From an uncultured delta proteobacterium (lineage in GTDB: Bacteria; Desulfobacterota; Binatia; UBA9968), in assembly GCA_963728565.1 (NCBI GenBank), contig CAVSLC010000019.1:64001-128000 (forward strand): a stretch of 64,000 nucleotides of DNA. The letters are read 5' to 3'. How positions within the stretch are numbered: the first letter of the stretch is position 1; every line of letters begins with the position of its first letter. A program made the translations under genes and the position numbers. Below the pieces are notes generated by a model. The model was not told the DNA's origin, did no database searches, and worked only from the letters and a program-made list of their open reading frames with translations. Positions 23,176 through 33,328 of the stretch are shown here, one piece after another.

Positions 23176-23421
23176 TTATTCATCCGTCTCGCCGAAGTAG
23201 TCTCGTAGAATTCGCTCTTTTATGTAAGAAATTGCTCCCAGATCTTGGATGATATCGCCGCCCGTATCGTAAAAGAAAATATCGCCTTTCTTGTTGCGGC
23301 CGATGGCTACGAGCCATTCAAGTTCGTCACGGTCTTCCAACAGATAATTGATAGCTTGGTTGGCTCCTTTGCTGGCGATGATAGTGACTTTAGGGTTTGC
23401 GGATTTCTTCGGTTGGTTCAT
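23176..23421 (-). CDS. Small hypothetical protein
   Basis: SD AGGAGG; 81 aa, globular-looking; ends 8 bp upstream of the DUF763 gene. Confidence 0.65.
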   Translation of the reverse strand: MNQPKKSANPKVTIIASKGANQAINYLLEDRDELEWLVAIGRNKKGDIFFYDTGGDIIQDLGAISYIKERILRDYFGETDE

Positions 23422-23546
23422 GAAGGCGCCTCCTGAATCGCGATGAGTTTATACCAGAAGATTAAGCTACACAACTTAAGGCTGAGAAATGTCTTTGCGC
23501 GCTTGTCCGCGCAAGTTGCGTCCGGGAAATGATCAGAGGTAAAAGA

Positions 23547-26500
23547 TCACCTGAGAGAAAAATCGACGCGGCTGGGTTTGCCCTTTAGCTTGGCTTTCTC
23601 GTCACTGGTGAGCGGCTTGGCGGGAACAATAGACAGCCGGTCTGCGCTCACCTGCCCGGTCGTCACTAACGCATCTCGCACAGTCTGAGCCCTCTGATTG
23701 GCAAGCTCACGTAAATTCTCCTCGCCAATGATGGCATGCTGGATCATCAGTTTCTCCATTTCTACAACGGGTAAATCGCGCAGCAGGCCGATGGCATTGC
23801 GCGGCTTTGGAAAACTCTCCTGGCGGTATGCTTGTCTTAGGTATTGCGGATACTCGCCGCTTTCGATTTGGACCTCATCAACCGATTTAGGAGCGTCTGC
23901 CTTGCCTGATAGCTCTTGTAATTTCTGTGCCTTCACTTTTCGCTCCATCGAAACCCGTTTAAGCCCATCGACGTCCGTGACCGGATCGGCGCGACCGCTC
24001 AGTTGGAGGCGTAAGGCCGGACGATTGTTCATCGCCTTGGCCAACGTCTCAATCTTGCTTTGAGCAGTTTGGCTGAGGCTGGCGCGACCACTATCGAATT
24101 CAATGTAGCTCAGTTCTTCGCCGCCACCGCTTGCGCCGCCACTGAAGGCGGAGCCGAGAAGCGCGAACGGCGCAGTCACTGCACGAGTGATGATGTTAAT
24201 CACCAGCCGCAGCACGATGCCGCCGATACTGAACTGCGGGTCATCGAGAGAGCCGCTGATTGGAAGGTCGACGTCGATGACGCCGTTTCGATCTTTGAGC
24301 AATGCCACCGCGAGCAACACCGGTAGCTTGGTGGCTTGGGGGCTCTCGACCCTCTCGCCGAAGGTCAGCTGATTAAGAATAATTTTGTTTTGGGCGGTTA
24401 ATTTACGGTCTTCGACCTTGTATTTGACATTGAACGAGAGCTTGCCTGATTCGATCCCATAACCGACGTATTTTCCGGAGTAAGGTGAAAGCGGATTCAT
24501 TTCAATCTCGCGAGCGTCGGCGACGATGTCTAAAAACAGCTCTTTACCCAGCGGGTTGATTTTGCCGTCGATATCGACGGGCGCAGATCCATCCAATTTA
24601 GCTTGAATGTCGATATCGCCCGGGGCTTCCGGTTTGAGCTCTGAAATGGTTCCCTGCACATCGGTCAGGTTAGCCGAATAGTTGGGTTTGACCAGGAAGT
24701 CGCTGAAATTGATATTGCCGCCGTGAAGATTGATTTTGCCGATGGTGACCCGCTTCTCAGTACCCGCTGTACCCGCGGCGGGGGTGGCAGCTGCCTGCGC
24801 TGCTGGGGTCTCCTCTTGGTTCTGCGCCTTAGGCGCGGTTAGGTTTTGCAAATTGATCTTGCCGTCGGGACCGATGATCAGGCGCGAATAGAAATCGGTG
24901 ATGTCGATTTGACCGATGCGCACTTGCAGCGGTTCTGATGTCAACTCGAACTGATGGAGCCCGAGGTTCCTCCATTTCACCAAATCCTGTTTATTGTCCT
25001 TTTCTATACTGGCGAAATCATAGAGCTCTATTCCGCCCTGATAATCTGCTTTTGCCGGAGCGTTGCCGCCGCGAGCTAACGCAAAGCTGCCCTTTGTGCT
25101 GATTCGCCCCCCGGTCAATATAAAATTGACCTGATCGCCGAAGTAAGGCTGCAGAGACAGAACATCGATATCGTAGGCCTCGACTGCGAGCTTAGCCGCG
25201 ACCGGATTGGTGGACGCGGTACCGTTCAACCGCAATGAACCATTTTTGTTGATGCGAGTACGCAGCCTGGTCTTACCAAATTGATTTTTCGCGTTTGAGA
25301 AGTTATCGATGCGGACGAAAAGATCGGACAGGGCGAACTTCGCCGGAGCGGCGGCGCCGCGGTCGTCGACGTCGATTTTGAAGCTATCCAGAGCAATCTG
25401 TTTGGCTTCCACCTTCCACTCGGTCTCGTCGTTTTTTATCGGCTCTTTAACAGGGGCCGTGGATGATTGGGCCTTCACAATGCGTGCATAGTTCAGAGTG
25501 CCATCTTTATCCCGCTGGACGTGCCCGATGCCATCTTTGCCGTGGATCGCGCCGATGACGACTGTTTTACCTGAGACGTCGACGCTACCGTCTTTAATGT
25601 TCAATGATGGAATGCGCCAAAGCGGTTCCGGGTGCCCCGGGAAATCCAACCGCGCCGTTCTTAGATTGGCATTCAAATTGGTGAACTTTAGATCCGATCC
25701 ATCGTCTTTAGCTTCGAATCTGTATTGAGTGGTGAGGTCTAATAAGCCTTCCTTGATCTCCAGGGCCAAGGCATTCTGGTAATACGGGCTTAGATTTCCT
25801 GGCTTAAAACTCTCGATAGCTACTTTTCCTTCCGCCACAAACGGCGCCAGCTGGATTTTGCCAGTTTGACTGACCCGCTCTTTCGCATCCGATTCAAACG
25901 AGACTTCCACATCGGCCTCTTTGGTCGGCTCATTGGTCAATCCCTTTACTGCGATGCGAATGTTATCGAGGCGGGTCTTATAGGGCCGCTGCAAAGTCTC
26001 ATCGATGAAGTGCAGGGTGCCCGAATCGATCAGAATGTCATCAACTTCGTAGCCTAGCGGTTTAGTGTTTTTCGTGGATTCGACGGAAGGCGTTTTCGGC
26101 GAGCTCGTTATCAAATCGGCGGTATTCAAAGATCCATCGCGATTTCGCGCTAGATGTAACTCCAGGCCGTGAGCTTTGATCGATTTTAAGCGCGTCTTAT
26201 GGTTGAGTACGTCGATCGACTCGACTACTACGTCGAGGTTGGCAATCGTGCCAAATGGCGTGCCGCCATTTTTCTCGACTGTAAGCTCCGTTAGTGCCAG
26301 GTTACCGGTGATCGTGAATACCGACGGACTCTCCTTGGCGGTCTTAAAGGATGCATTGAGCTTGCCGTTCAGTTCGCCGGAAGGAACTTTAAAATTCAGA
26401 GCTACTGGCGAATATTCGAGATACTTGTTGATCTGCAGTTTGTCGATGTTCAAATCGACTGTGCTTTCGTGAGAGCTGTGAAATGGCTTGGAGGCTCCGC

Positions 26501-27152
26501 CGATATGCAAAGGGGCCCCATTGATATTTGCCGAGAACGAAGGTTTGACGAAGATATCCGTATAGGACGGCAGGCTGGAGATAAACGGCACGCCGATATT
26601 GATCGATGAAATCAAATGCTTGGTCTGCTCAGGCCGGTCGTCGAATTCAATTCGGCCATCGATCAACTGAATGTTGTTCAAGGCGAACTTCGGCGTTGGA
26701 CCACCGGACGGTCCCGTGGCTAGGTCTTCGATTATATCCTGGAAGTTGTACTTAAAATCCTCGTTGCGCACGAGATTGACGTAAGGCTTTAGCAGACGAA
26801 GCTCTTTGATTACCGGACTCAGACGGAAAATAGATCGCAGTTCCAGGTTGACGTGCAGCTCATCAAAGGATACCGCGGTGGCTTGGCTCTGACGCTCTTT
26901 CATCAGAAAACCGCGTATGGTCGCGGTCATGGCGTAGGGATTCAAACGGATCTGCTCGATGGTGACTTCGCGGTGCAATTTTTGCGAGAGGTCGCCGGCT
27001 ATTTTGCCGCGTAGTAGCGGCGGCGCAACTAATCCCAGCAGCACACCAAAGGCGACAACGAGGGAGACCGTCCAAATGGCGATTTTGCGGGTACGCGGAT
27101 GAACGGTGAAATCGCGCCCCCGACTGAAGAGCTGCGTTGCGTTAAATGCCAT
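23547..27152 (-). CDS. DUF748 repeat envelope protein (AsmA-like) with OmpA-like C-terminus
   Basis: N-terminal TM; RLNPY, LSPYSGKYVGY.IE.GKL, LAVALLKDRNG.ID.DLPISGSLDDPQF, LANQRA, RVDF. Confidence 0.85.
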   Translation of the reverse strand: MAFNATQLFSRGRDFTVHPRTRKIAIWTVSLVVAFGVLLGLVAPPLLRGKIAGDLSQKLHREVTIEQIRLNPYAMTATIRGFLMKERQSQATAVSFDELHVNLELRSIFRLSPVIKELRLLKPYVNLVRNEDFKYNFQDIIEDLATGPSGGPTPKFALNNIQLIDGRIEFDDRPEQTKHLISSINIGVPFISSLPSYTDIFVKPSFSANINGAPLHIGGASKPFHSSHESTVDLNIDKLQINKYLEYSPVALNFKVPSGELNGKLNASFKTAKESPSVFTITGNLALTELTVEKNGGTPFGTIANLDVVVESIDVLNHKTRLKSIKAHGLELHLARNRDGSLNTADLITSSPKTPSVESTKNTKPLGYEVDDILIDSGTLHFIDETLQRPYKTRLDNIRIAVKGLTNEPTKEADVEVSFESDAKERVSQTGKIQLAPFVAEGKVAIESFKPGNLSPYYQNALALEIKEGLLDLTTQYRFEAKDDGSDLKFTNLNANLRTARLDFPGHPEPLWRIPSLNIKDGSVDVSGKTVVIGAIHGKDGIGHVQRDKDGTLNYARIVKAQSSTAPVKEPIKNDETEWKVEAKQIALDSFKIDVDDRGAAAPAKFALSDLFVRIDNFSNAKNQFGKTRLRTRINKNGSLRLNGTASTNPVAAKLAVEAYDIDVLSLQPYFGDQVNFILTGGRISTKGSFALARGGNAPAKADYQGGIELYDFASIEKDNKQDLVKWRNLGLHQFELTSEPLQVRIGQIDITDFYSRLIIGPDGKINLQNLTAPKAQNQEETPAAQAAATPAAGTAGTEKRVTIGKINLHGGNINFSDFLVKPNYSANLTDVQGTISELKPEAPGDIDIQAKLDGSAPVDIDGKINPLGKELFLDIVADAREIEMNPLSPYSGKYVGYGIESGKLSFNVKYKVEDRKLTAQNKIILNQLTFGERVESPQATKLPVLLAVALLKDRNGVIDVDLPISGSLDDPQFSIGGIVLRLVINIITRAVTAPFALLGSAFSGGASGGGEELSYIEFDSGRASLSQTAQSKIETLAKAMNNRPALRLQLSGRADPVTDVDGLKRVSMERKVKAQKLQELSGKADAPKSVDEVQIESGEYPQYLRQAYRQESFPKPRNAIGLLRDLPVVEMEKLMIQHAIIGEENLRELANQRAQTVRDALVTTGQVSADRLSIVPAKPLTSDEKAKLKGKPSRVDFSLR

Positions 27153-27311
27153 TGGTAAAAAATAGCTTTTAGAACTAGCGGGATATTACTCTAGCAAGTA
27201 AGGCTTGTCCACGAAGAGACGCTGATTTGGTAGCCGAAACGGACGATGTCGGGGATGCTCGATGAGGCGTCTAATTCTCGCAAAGTTTTTTGGTGCTGAT
27301 CGCTGACCGGA

Positions 27312-27752
27312 TTATCCTGCTGCCTTTATCTCCTCGAGTATCGAAAGATAGAGGCTAGGCAGCTTCCAATGTTTGGCACCTTCTAAAATCAATTGCTTGT
27401 ATTCGGCATTGGGCAATGGCACATCGAGCTCCAGTTCGGCGACATAAACCAGCGCCTGAAGCGGCGCCTCGCCGCCGCTTAGGCCAAAAACCGGCAAAAT
27501 CTCGCGGCGATAACCGTCTTCAAAGCTATCCAACCTGAGCAAATCCTCATCACAGATGTCGTATACGGCGCCCCAAACTTCCTTGCCCCGGGCTGCAATC
27601 ACATTGGCCGTGCCGCAGTTGCGCAAGCGCGAATGGCGGGTGATGCTGAATTGATAATCCGGCAACCTGGCGATGCAAATGAAACGTGACGACGGGCAAC
27701 GACGTTGCATCTGTGGCCAGTTCAGATTCGAGCCGTAGGCAAAATAATACAC
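27312..27752 (-). CDS. Gamma-glutamylcyclotransferase family protein
   Basis: YFAYGSNL, VWGAVY, LDSFE, P..EY...I..GA; SD AGGAGG before the GTG start. Confidence 0.88.
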   Translation of the reverse strand: MYYFAYGSNLNWPQMQRRCPSSRFICIARLPDYQFSITRHSRLRNCGTANVIAARGKEVWGAVYDICDEDLLRLDSFEDGYRREILPVFGLSGGEAPLQALVYVAELELDVPLPNAEYKQLILEGAKHWKLPSLYLSILEEIKAAG

Positions 27753-27872
27753 TGACCCTATCCTCCTATTCGTATCCCGTAACAAACAATTATGTGGCGC
27801 CAAAGAGAGTTGTCAACAGAGGCGAGATCAGTGATGGAGTTCCGCCGAAGGCAGTCATTAACGACAGTTGTA

Positions 27873-29174
27873 TTATTCTTTGCTCGACGGTTCCATTGGC
27901 GGTTTAGCAAACAAGATCAAAAACGCGCATGCGAATAGAGCGCAGGAAAAGATCGTGAAGGATATATTGTAACTGCCCATGCGATCGTGAAGAAATCCGA
28001 AGAAAGGCGCACCGCTAGCCGCGAATAGATGAGAAAAGAATAGCGACAGTCCGCGCACCTTCCCTAGAGACGCGCGGCCGAAGAAATTAGCCCAGATCAC
28101 TTCACGCAGAACAAAGCTCCCCGCCAATCCGGTGCCATAGAGAAAAAACCCCACATAAACGAGACGAATATCGACGTTAACTATGGCGATCACCAGTCCT
28201 ACTCCCTGGATCAAGAACTGGATGCAGGATACCTTCCTAAGATCGAATCTGTCCGCGAGTACGCCCCAAACAAGGGTGGAGCCGAGTTGAGTCAGCGCTA
28301 TTGTGCTCATAAAAGAAGCCGCGATCAGCGGTGAGTAGCCGATATCTGTGACGTAAGAAAAAATGTGCAGATTGAGACCGGCGATACCGACACTGGCGAT
28401 ACCGAAGGTGACTACGAGAAGCCAAAATACCGGCAATCGCACGACCTCGGACCGGCTCCATGAGGCTTCACTGAACAGACTTCTTGGTCGGGCAATTGAG
28501 GATCTTTGACCGTTAGCTGGCAATAGTTCAGAGCTTTGAGCCGACGCTGCTCCGTCCGGCTGAAGTCCCATGTCCTCGGGTCGTCTACGTACAAAGATCA
28601 GCGCCGGCGCCACCACCAGAATAGGCGCGATGATGCCGAATACCGCCCAGGTGCCGCGCCAACCGACTAGGACAAACAACGATGCCGCGATCAGCGGTAT
28701 GCCGAGCTTGGCAATGCCGGTTCCCAAGTTGGCGATGCCCATGGCGCGTCCGCGGTTGCGCACGAACCACTGAGCGATGGTGACGTTGATGACCAAGGAG
28801 CCCAATAAAGCTTCCCCGGCGATTACAAGCGAGCAGCGCACCAGAACAAACTGCCAGAAACTATGCACCAGGCTGGAAAGCAACAAGCCCGTCCCCTCCA
28901 TCAGTACTCCGACGACGAGGATGCCCCGTCCGCCGTGCCGATCGAGCCACGGGCCCAGGAGCGGCACGATCATAGCGGCGATGCCGATCTCGAAAGTGCG
29001 GATCAACGAAAATGCGCCGCGTGTAACTCCCAACTCCTCAGTGATCGGCTTGAGAAAAATGCTCAACGTGCTCGAGAAGGCAAATGTTCCGGCGATGTTG
29101 ACCAAGATCGCGACTCCAACGATGTACCAACCGTAGAAGAATCGCCGCCGCTTCGGCTGTAGATGGCTGGTCAT
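27873..29174 (-). CDS. MFS transporter (OFA/MCT-like)
   Basis: FFYGWYIV, GPWLDRHGGR, WFVRNRGRAMG, RRPEDMGLQPDG, FFGRASLG. Confidence 0.9.
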   Translation of the reverse strand: MTSHLQPKRRRFFYGWYIVGVAILVNIAGTFAFSSTLSIFLKPITEELGVTRGAFSLIRTFEIGIAAMIVPLLGPWLDRHGGRGILVVGVLMEGTGLLLSSLVHSFWQFVLVRCSLVIAGEALLGSLVINVTIAQWFVRNRGRAMGIANLGTGIAKLGIPLIAASLFVLVGWRGTWAVFGIIAPILVVAPALIFVRRRPEDMGLQPDGAASAQSSELLPANGQRSSIARPRSLFSEASWSRSEVVRLPVFWLLVVTFGIASVGIAGLNLHIFSYVTDIGYSPLIAASFMSTIALTQLGSTLVWGVLADRFDLRKVSCIQFLIQGVGLVIAIVNVDIRLVYVGFFLYGTGLAGSFVLREVIWANFFGRASLGKVRGLSLFFSHLFAASGAPFFGFLHDRMGSYNISFTIFSCALFACAFLILFAKPPMEPSSKE

Positions 29175-29444
29175 AGTCAGGCGAGGTGCTGTTAGCGCTC
29201 AGGTCAACCGGGTGTGGGAAGAGTTACTTGGACAGACTACTTGAATAGATGTGGTGCGCGAACCAAACCGCATCCGGATCTCAACGTGCTTAATGAGCCG
29301 ACGGTCATATCATCGATAAACATCCGGTCGTCTGATATGACAACAGCACTAGCCCGGTGTCAACAACCGCGCGCGCGTGAAGGCTTTGAAAAAAATCCTT
29401 CCACGGCAATAACTATGGCGGCGCCGACCGCTTGGAGGTAGCCA

Positions 29445-30524
29445 ATGCTCATTTTATCGAACGAGGATATTGAGAAGATTCTGCCGGTGGGCGCTTGTCT
29501 CGAAGTCCTAGAAGAGGCCTATCGCGATCTCGGCAGTGGCATGGCAGCGACGGTGCCGCGCTATGATGTTTTCAGTCCGACCAAGCCAAATGAATTCTAC
29601 GAATACAAAACCATGAGCGGTGTTCTGCCGAATCGCAAAATCGCGGCATTGCGCCTCAATTCAAGCGTGGTTACGTGGTACGAAAAGGCTGGCGGCATGC
29701 GCAAAGATAAGCTTCCAGTTGCCGGGGGCGATCGTTACGTTGGCCTGGTCATGCTTTTCAGCACTGAAACCGGTGAGCCGCTGGCGATTTTTCCCGACGG
29801 TTATGTGCAGAAACTCCGCGTCGCAGGGGCCAGCGCAATCGCCGCGCGTCATCTCGCGCGCAAGAACGCATCTGTGATGGCGCTGCTCGGAAGCGGGTGG
29901 CAAGCCAGCGCTCATCTAATTACGCTTAGTTTGGTGCGTGATCTCAAGAAAGTCAGGGTCTTCAGCCCCAACGCAGACTCCCGGCGTCGTTTCCTGGATG
30001 AGTGGAGCAACAATATTTCCGCGGAACTAGTCGAAGCCGGTAGCGCCGCTGAGGCCATCGACGGCGCGGATATCGTTACCTGCACCACGAATTCAATTTC
30101 CGCTCTGTTCCCTGGTGAGTTGCTCAAGCCGGGCGTCCATGTATCCTGCGTCAAGCCTTGCGAGCTGGACGCGTCCACATACCAGCGATCGGACCCGCTC
30201 ATCATCCACTGGAAAGAGGCCAAGCCGTTTCAAATCGTCATTGGCGGCGTCGATCCGCAATCGATTCCGGATGTCGCCGAAGGATGGCCGCATCCGCTTA
30301 CACGGGAAGATACTCCGCTGTGGGACTTGCCGACGATTTCGCAGTTAGTAAACGGGCAGCATCCGGGAAGAACCAACGACCAGGCGATCAGCTGTTTTTG
30401 TAATAACGTAGGTCTCGGCTTGCAGTTCGCCGCAGTTGGCAGCGAAGTGCTGGCGCGTGCTCGGGAGGCCCGAGTGGGACGAGAGATTCCGACCGATTGG
30501 TTTTTGGAATCGGTTCACCCATAG
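29445..30524 (+). CDS. Ornithine cyclodeaminase/mu-crystallin family protein
   Basis: LFSTETGEPLAI, LRVAGASAIA, GSGWQA, ADIV...TNS, PGVHV, GLGLQFAA. Confidence 0.88.
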   Translation: MLILSNEDIEKILPVGACLEVLEEAYRDLGSGMAATVPRYDVFSPTKPNEFYEYKTMSGVLPNRKIAALRLNSSVVTWYEKAGGMRKDKLPVAGGDRYVGLVMLFSTETGEPLAIFPDGYVQKLRVAGASAIAARHLARKNASVMALLGSGWQASAHLITLSLVRDLKKVRVFSPNADSRRRFLDEWSNNISAELVEAGSAAEAIDGADIVTCTTNSISALFPGELLKPGVHVSCVKPCELDASTYQRSDPLIIHWKEAKPFQIVIGGVDPQSIPDVAEGWPHPLTREDTPLWDLPTISQLVNGQHPGRTNDQAISCFCNNVGLGLQFAAVGSEVLARAREARVGREIPTDWFLESVHP

Positions 30525-30672
30525 GGGTCCGGCATCAGGTGTTGGGTGTTAAAGTCGACTTCCGCTTTGCGCTTGATCCGAGATCGTTCATTCGGCGGCT
30601 GCGTGAGCTATCGAGACCGAAATCTGCTCGCGCAATCCAAAGCCCCAAATCCCAAAGCCATTTCACAACGAG

Positions 30673-31671
30673 GTGCTCGTGAAGATAAAGATAGCATGTT
30701 TCGCATTGCTGCTAGCCTGCGGCACCAAGCCTTGGTCTGGGATCGCACAGACCATCAAACTTAATGTTGCCTATCCGACCACCGTCGGTTCCATGGCTGT
30801 GCTTTGGGTCACCAAAGAAGCGCGACTTTTCGAGAAGCACGGACTGCAAGTCGAGCTTATCTACATCGGCGGCAGCTCCAAGGTTGTTCAAGCCATGTTG
30901 GCTAGAGAGATCCCGATCGCGGAGATCGCAATTCCAGCGGTGATTCAGGCCAATTTGGCAGGCGCTGACTTGGTAATGCTTGCCGGGCCTAATCACAAGC
31001 CCGGGCAGAAAATCATGGTCAGGCCGGAGATAAAGAAACCGGAGGAGCTAAAGGGTAAAAAGATCGGCGTGACGCGTTTCGGTACATCGGACGATTTTCT
31101 CTTGCGTTACGTATTGGGACAATGGGGGATAGCGCCCGACCGGGAGGTGGCGCTAATTCAGATGGGCGGCTCACAAGAGACATTGGCTGGAATGATCGCC
31201 AAAAGCGTTGACGGGGGCTTACTGTCATCGCCGCTACATCTCCGGGCCGGCAAGCTGGGTTTTTCTATGTTGGCGGACCTGAGCGCCATCGGTGTTGATT
31301 ATCAGGGCGCCGGTGTGGTTACCACACAGCGCTATCTCGGTGAAAATCCGGAAACGGTTCGTCGCTACTTGCGCGCGTATGTCGAAGGTTTGCATCGGTT
31401 GAAGACCGATAAAGCCTTTTCCATGAAGGTTATCGGTAAGTATTCGCGCATCAGCGAAGCGGATGCCCTGGAAGAGACCTACCAGCATTATGCGGTCAAA
31501 GTGATGCCGCGGGTGCCGTATCCAACCACCAAAGGCATTCAGATGGTGCTTGATGAGATGAGCTCGCGAAATCCAAAGGCTAAAAGTCTTCAGCCCGGCA
31601 GCTTTATCGATGTGGCGAATTTGCGAGAGCTCGAGCAGAGCGGCTTTATCAAGAATCTGTATGGTGAGTGA
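30673..31671 (+). CDS. ABC-type substrate-binding protein, NMT1/SsuA-like (no permease adjacent)
   Basis: Signal peptide; F.KHGL.VEL, LKGKKIGVTRFG, ELEQSGFI..LY. Confidence 0.85.
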   Translation: MLVKIKIACFALLLACGTKPWSGIAQTIKLNVAYPTTVGSMAVLWVTKEARLFEKHGLQVELIYIGGSSKVVQAMLAREIPIAEIAIPAVIQANLAGADLVMLAGPNHKPGQKIMVRPEIKKPEELKGKKIGVTRFGTSDDFLLRYVLGQWGIAPDREVALIQMGGSQETLAGMIAKSVDGGLLSSPLHLRAGKLGFSMLADLSAIGVDYQGAGVVTTQRYLGENPETVRRYLRAYVEGLHRLKTDKAFSMKVIGKYSRISEADALEETYQHYAVKVMPRVPYPTTKGIQMVLDEMSSRNPKAKSLQPGSFIDVANLRELEQSGFIKNLYGE

Positions 31672-31841
31672 CGCCGGCCTGACTGATCCTTGATCTAGAG
31701 ATTGAACTTTGAATATTAAACCGTTCTTCCAACCTCATTAGATTCACACGATCGATAATAGGCCCCCGCGGAAGTGATCGTTGCTTCAACCGAGCTTTCT
31801 TCTTGATTCCGATGCGGAAACTGCGCAAACTCCCACGTAGT

Positions 31842-33257
31842 ATGGATTTGCCGAGAAAATTTAAACAAACGATCGAGAAACAGCGGATGCTGTCTCCTGG
31901 CCAGCGGATTTTAGTCGCTGTCTCGGGCGGGCCGGATTCTGTAGCGCTGCTTTATCTTCTCTATGATCTGCGCGAAGAATTTGAGCTTACAATCGAAGTT
32001 GCCCATCTACAGCATGGAATTCGTGGCGAAGAAGCGATCGAGGACGCGCGATTTGTTGCTCGACTGGCGGAGCGATTAGGTTTGATCTGTCATCTAAAAG
32101 AAATCGATCTGCCGCAGCTGAAAATAGCTTCCCGTAAAACTAGCCTCGAAGAGATCGGCCGATTCGAAAGGTACAAGTTTTTTGGTGAAACAGCTGAACT
32201 ACGTCGCCTCGATGCGGTGGCAACGGCCCATACCGCGGACGATCAAGCCGAGACGATTGTCATGCGGCTATTCCGTGGCGCAGGTCGAACCGGCCTCCGC
32301 GGCATCGCGCCAATGCGTCAACTAACGGTTGGGGGTGATCGCCGTTGCGCAAATGTGCTGCTGATTCGGCCCTTGCTTAATGCCCTGCGAAGAGAGGTGA
32401 TGGATTTTCTTGAGCAGCGGAAACTCCCTTATCGTACGGACAGCAGTAATAGGGATTTGTTCTTTTTGCGCAACTGGATCCGTCTAAAGCTCATGCCGCA
32501 AGTGAGCGAGAGATTCGGCGCTAAACTGCCGGCACGACTTTGCGCTCAAGCACAGGTGCTGGGCGACGAGGAGAACTACCTTGCGGAGCTGACCCGGCAG
32601 CAGCTGGAGAACGTGAGCGACGGACACAAATTAAGCCGTAAGCTCTTTCTCAACCTCAACAAGGCTCTTCAGAGGCGAGTGATACGGCTTTGGTTAGAAC
32701 AGAGACGCGGTCACTTGCGGGCCATCGACTTCGATCATGTAGAATCAGCGCTGTCGTTGATCGCTGCTGGGGCGCCTCAGGGCCGTCTGGCTCTTCCCGG
32801 CGGTTGGCAATTGGCACGCGAATACGAAACGATCAGCTTTGATCGTCCAAATGTCAAACCGAGATGTTATAGCTATCAGTTTAAACCTGGATCGACTCTA
32901 ACGGTGATAGAGGCCGGCATCACGATTGTCAGCGAATTGATTGATCCCGGGGCGGGAAAATTGCCGGATAATTTGATGGAAGCAGTGTTCGACGCCGATC
33001 TCTTGAAGGGCAACCTGCTAGTGCGAAATTTCCGCAATGGTGATCGATTTCAGCCCTTGGGAATGAGCGGACATAAGAAGGTCAAAGACTTATTCATTGC
33101 CAATCAATTGCCGTTGCGTACACGAGCGGCCTTAGCTTTGCTCGTCATGGATGGCGAAATCCTGTGGATACCCGGATACGGCCGGAGTGATTCCGCCAGG
33201 ATTGGATCGGCGACCAAGATTTCTCTGCATTTGAAGGTAATTCCTCAACCTAGGTAG
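31842..33257 (+). CDS. tilS: tRNA(Ile)-lysidine synthase
   Basis: VAVSGGPDSVALL, HLQHGIR, AHTADDQAET, IRPLL, D.SN, RN.IR, C-terminal GDRF.PLGM..KKVK. Confidence 0.95.
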   Translation: MDLPRKFKQTIEKQRMLSPGQRILVAVSGGPDSVALLYLLYDLREEFELTIEVAHLQHGIRGEEAIEDARFVARLAERLGLICHLKEIDLPQLKIASRKTSLEEIGRFERYKFFGETAELRRLDAVATAHTADDQAETIVMRLFRGAGRTGLRGIAPMRQLTVGGDRRCANVLLIRPLLNALRREVMDFLEQRKLPYRTDSSNRDLFFLRNWIRLKLMPQVSERFGAKLPARLCAQAQVLGDEENYLAELTRQQLENVSDGHKLSRKLFLNLNKALQRRVIRLWLEQRRGHLRAIDFDHVESALSLIAAGAPQGRLALPGGWQLAREYETISFDRPNVKPRCYSYQFKPGSTLTVIEAGITIVSELIDPGAGKLPDNLMEAVFDADLLKGNLLVRNFRNGDRFQPLGMSGHKKVKDLFIANQLPLRTRAALALLVMDGEILWIPGYGRSDSARIGSATKISLHLKVIPQPR

Positions 33258-33328
33258 GAAAACTCTATATTGATCTAACTGGTTGCGTGTGTTAGTCTTT
33301 TCTGGTTCTTGAAATCGGAGGATTCGGG

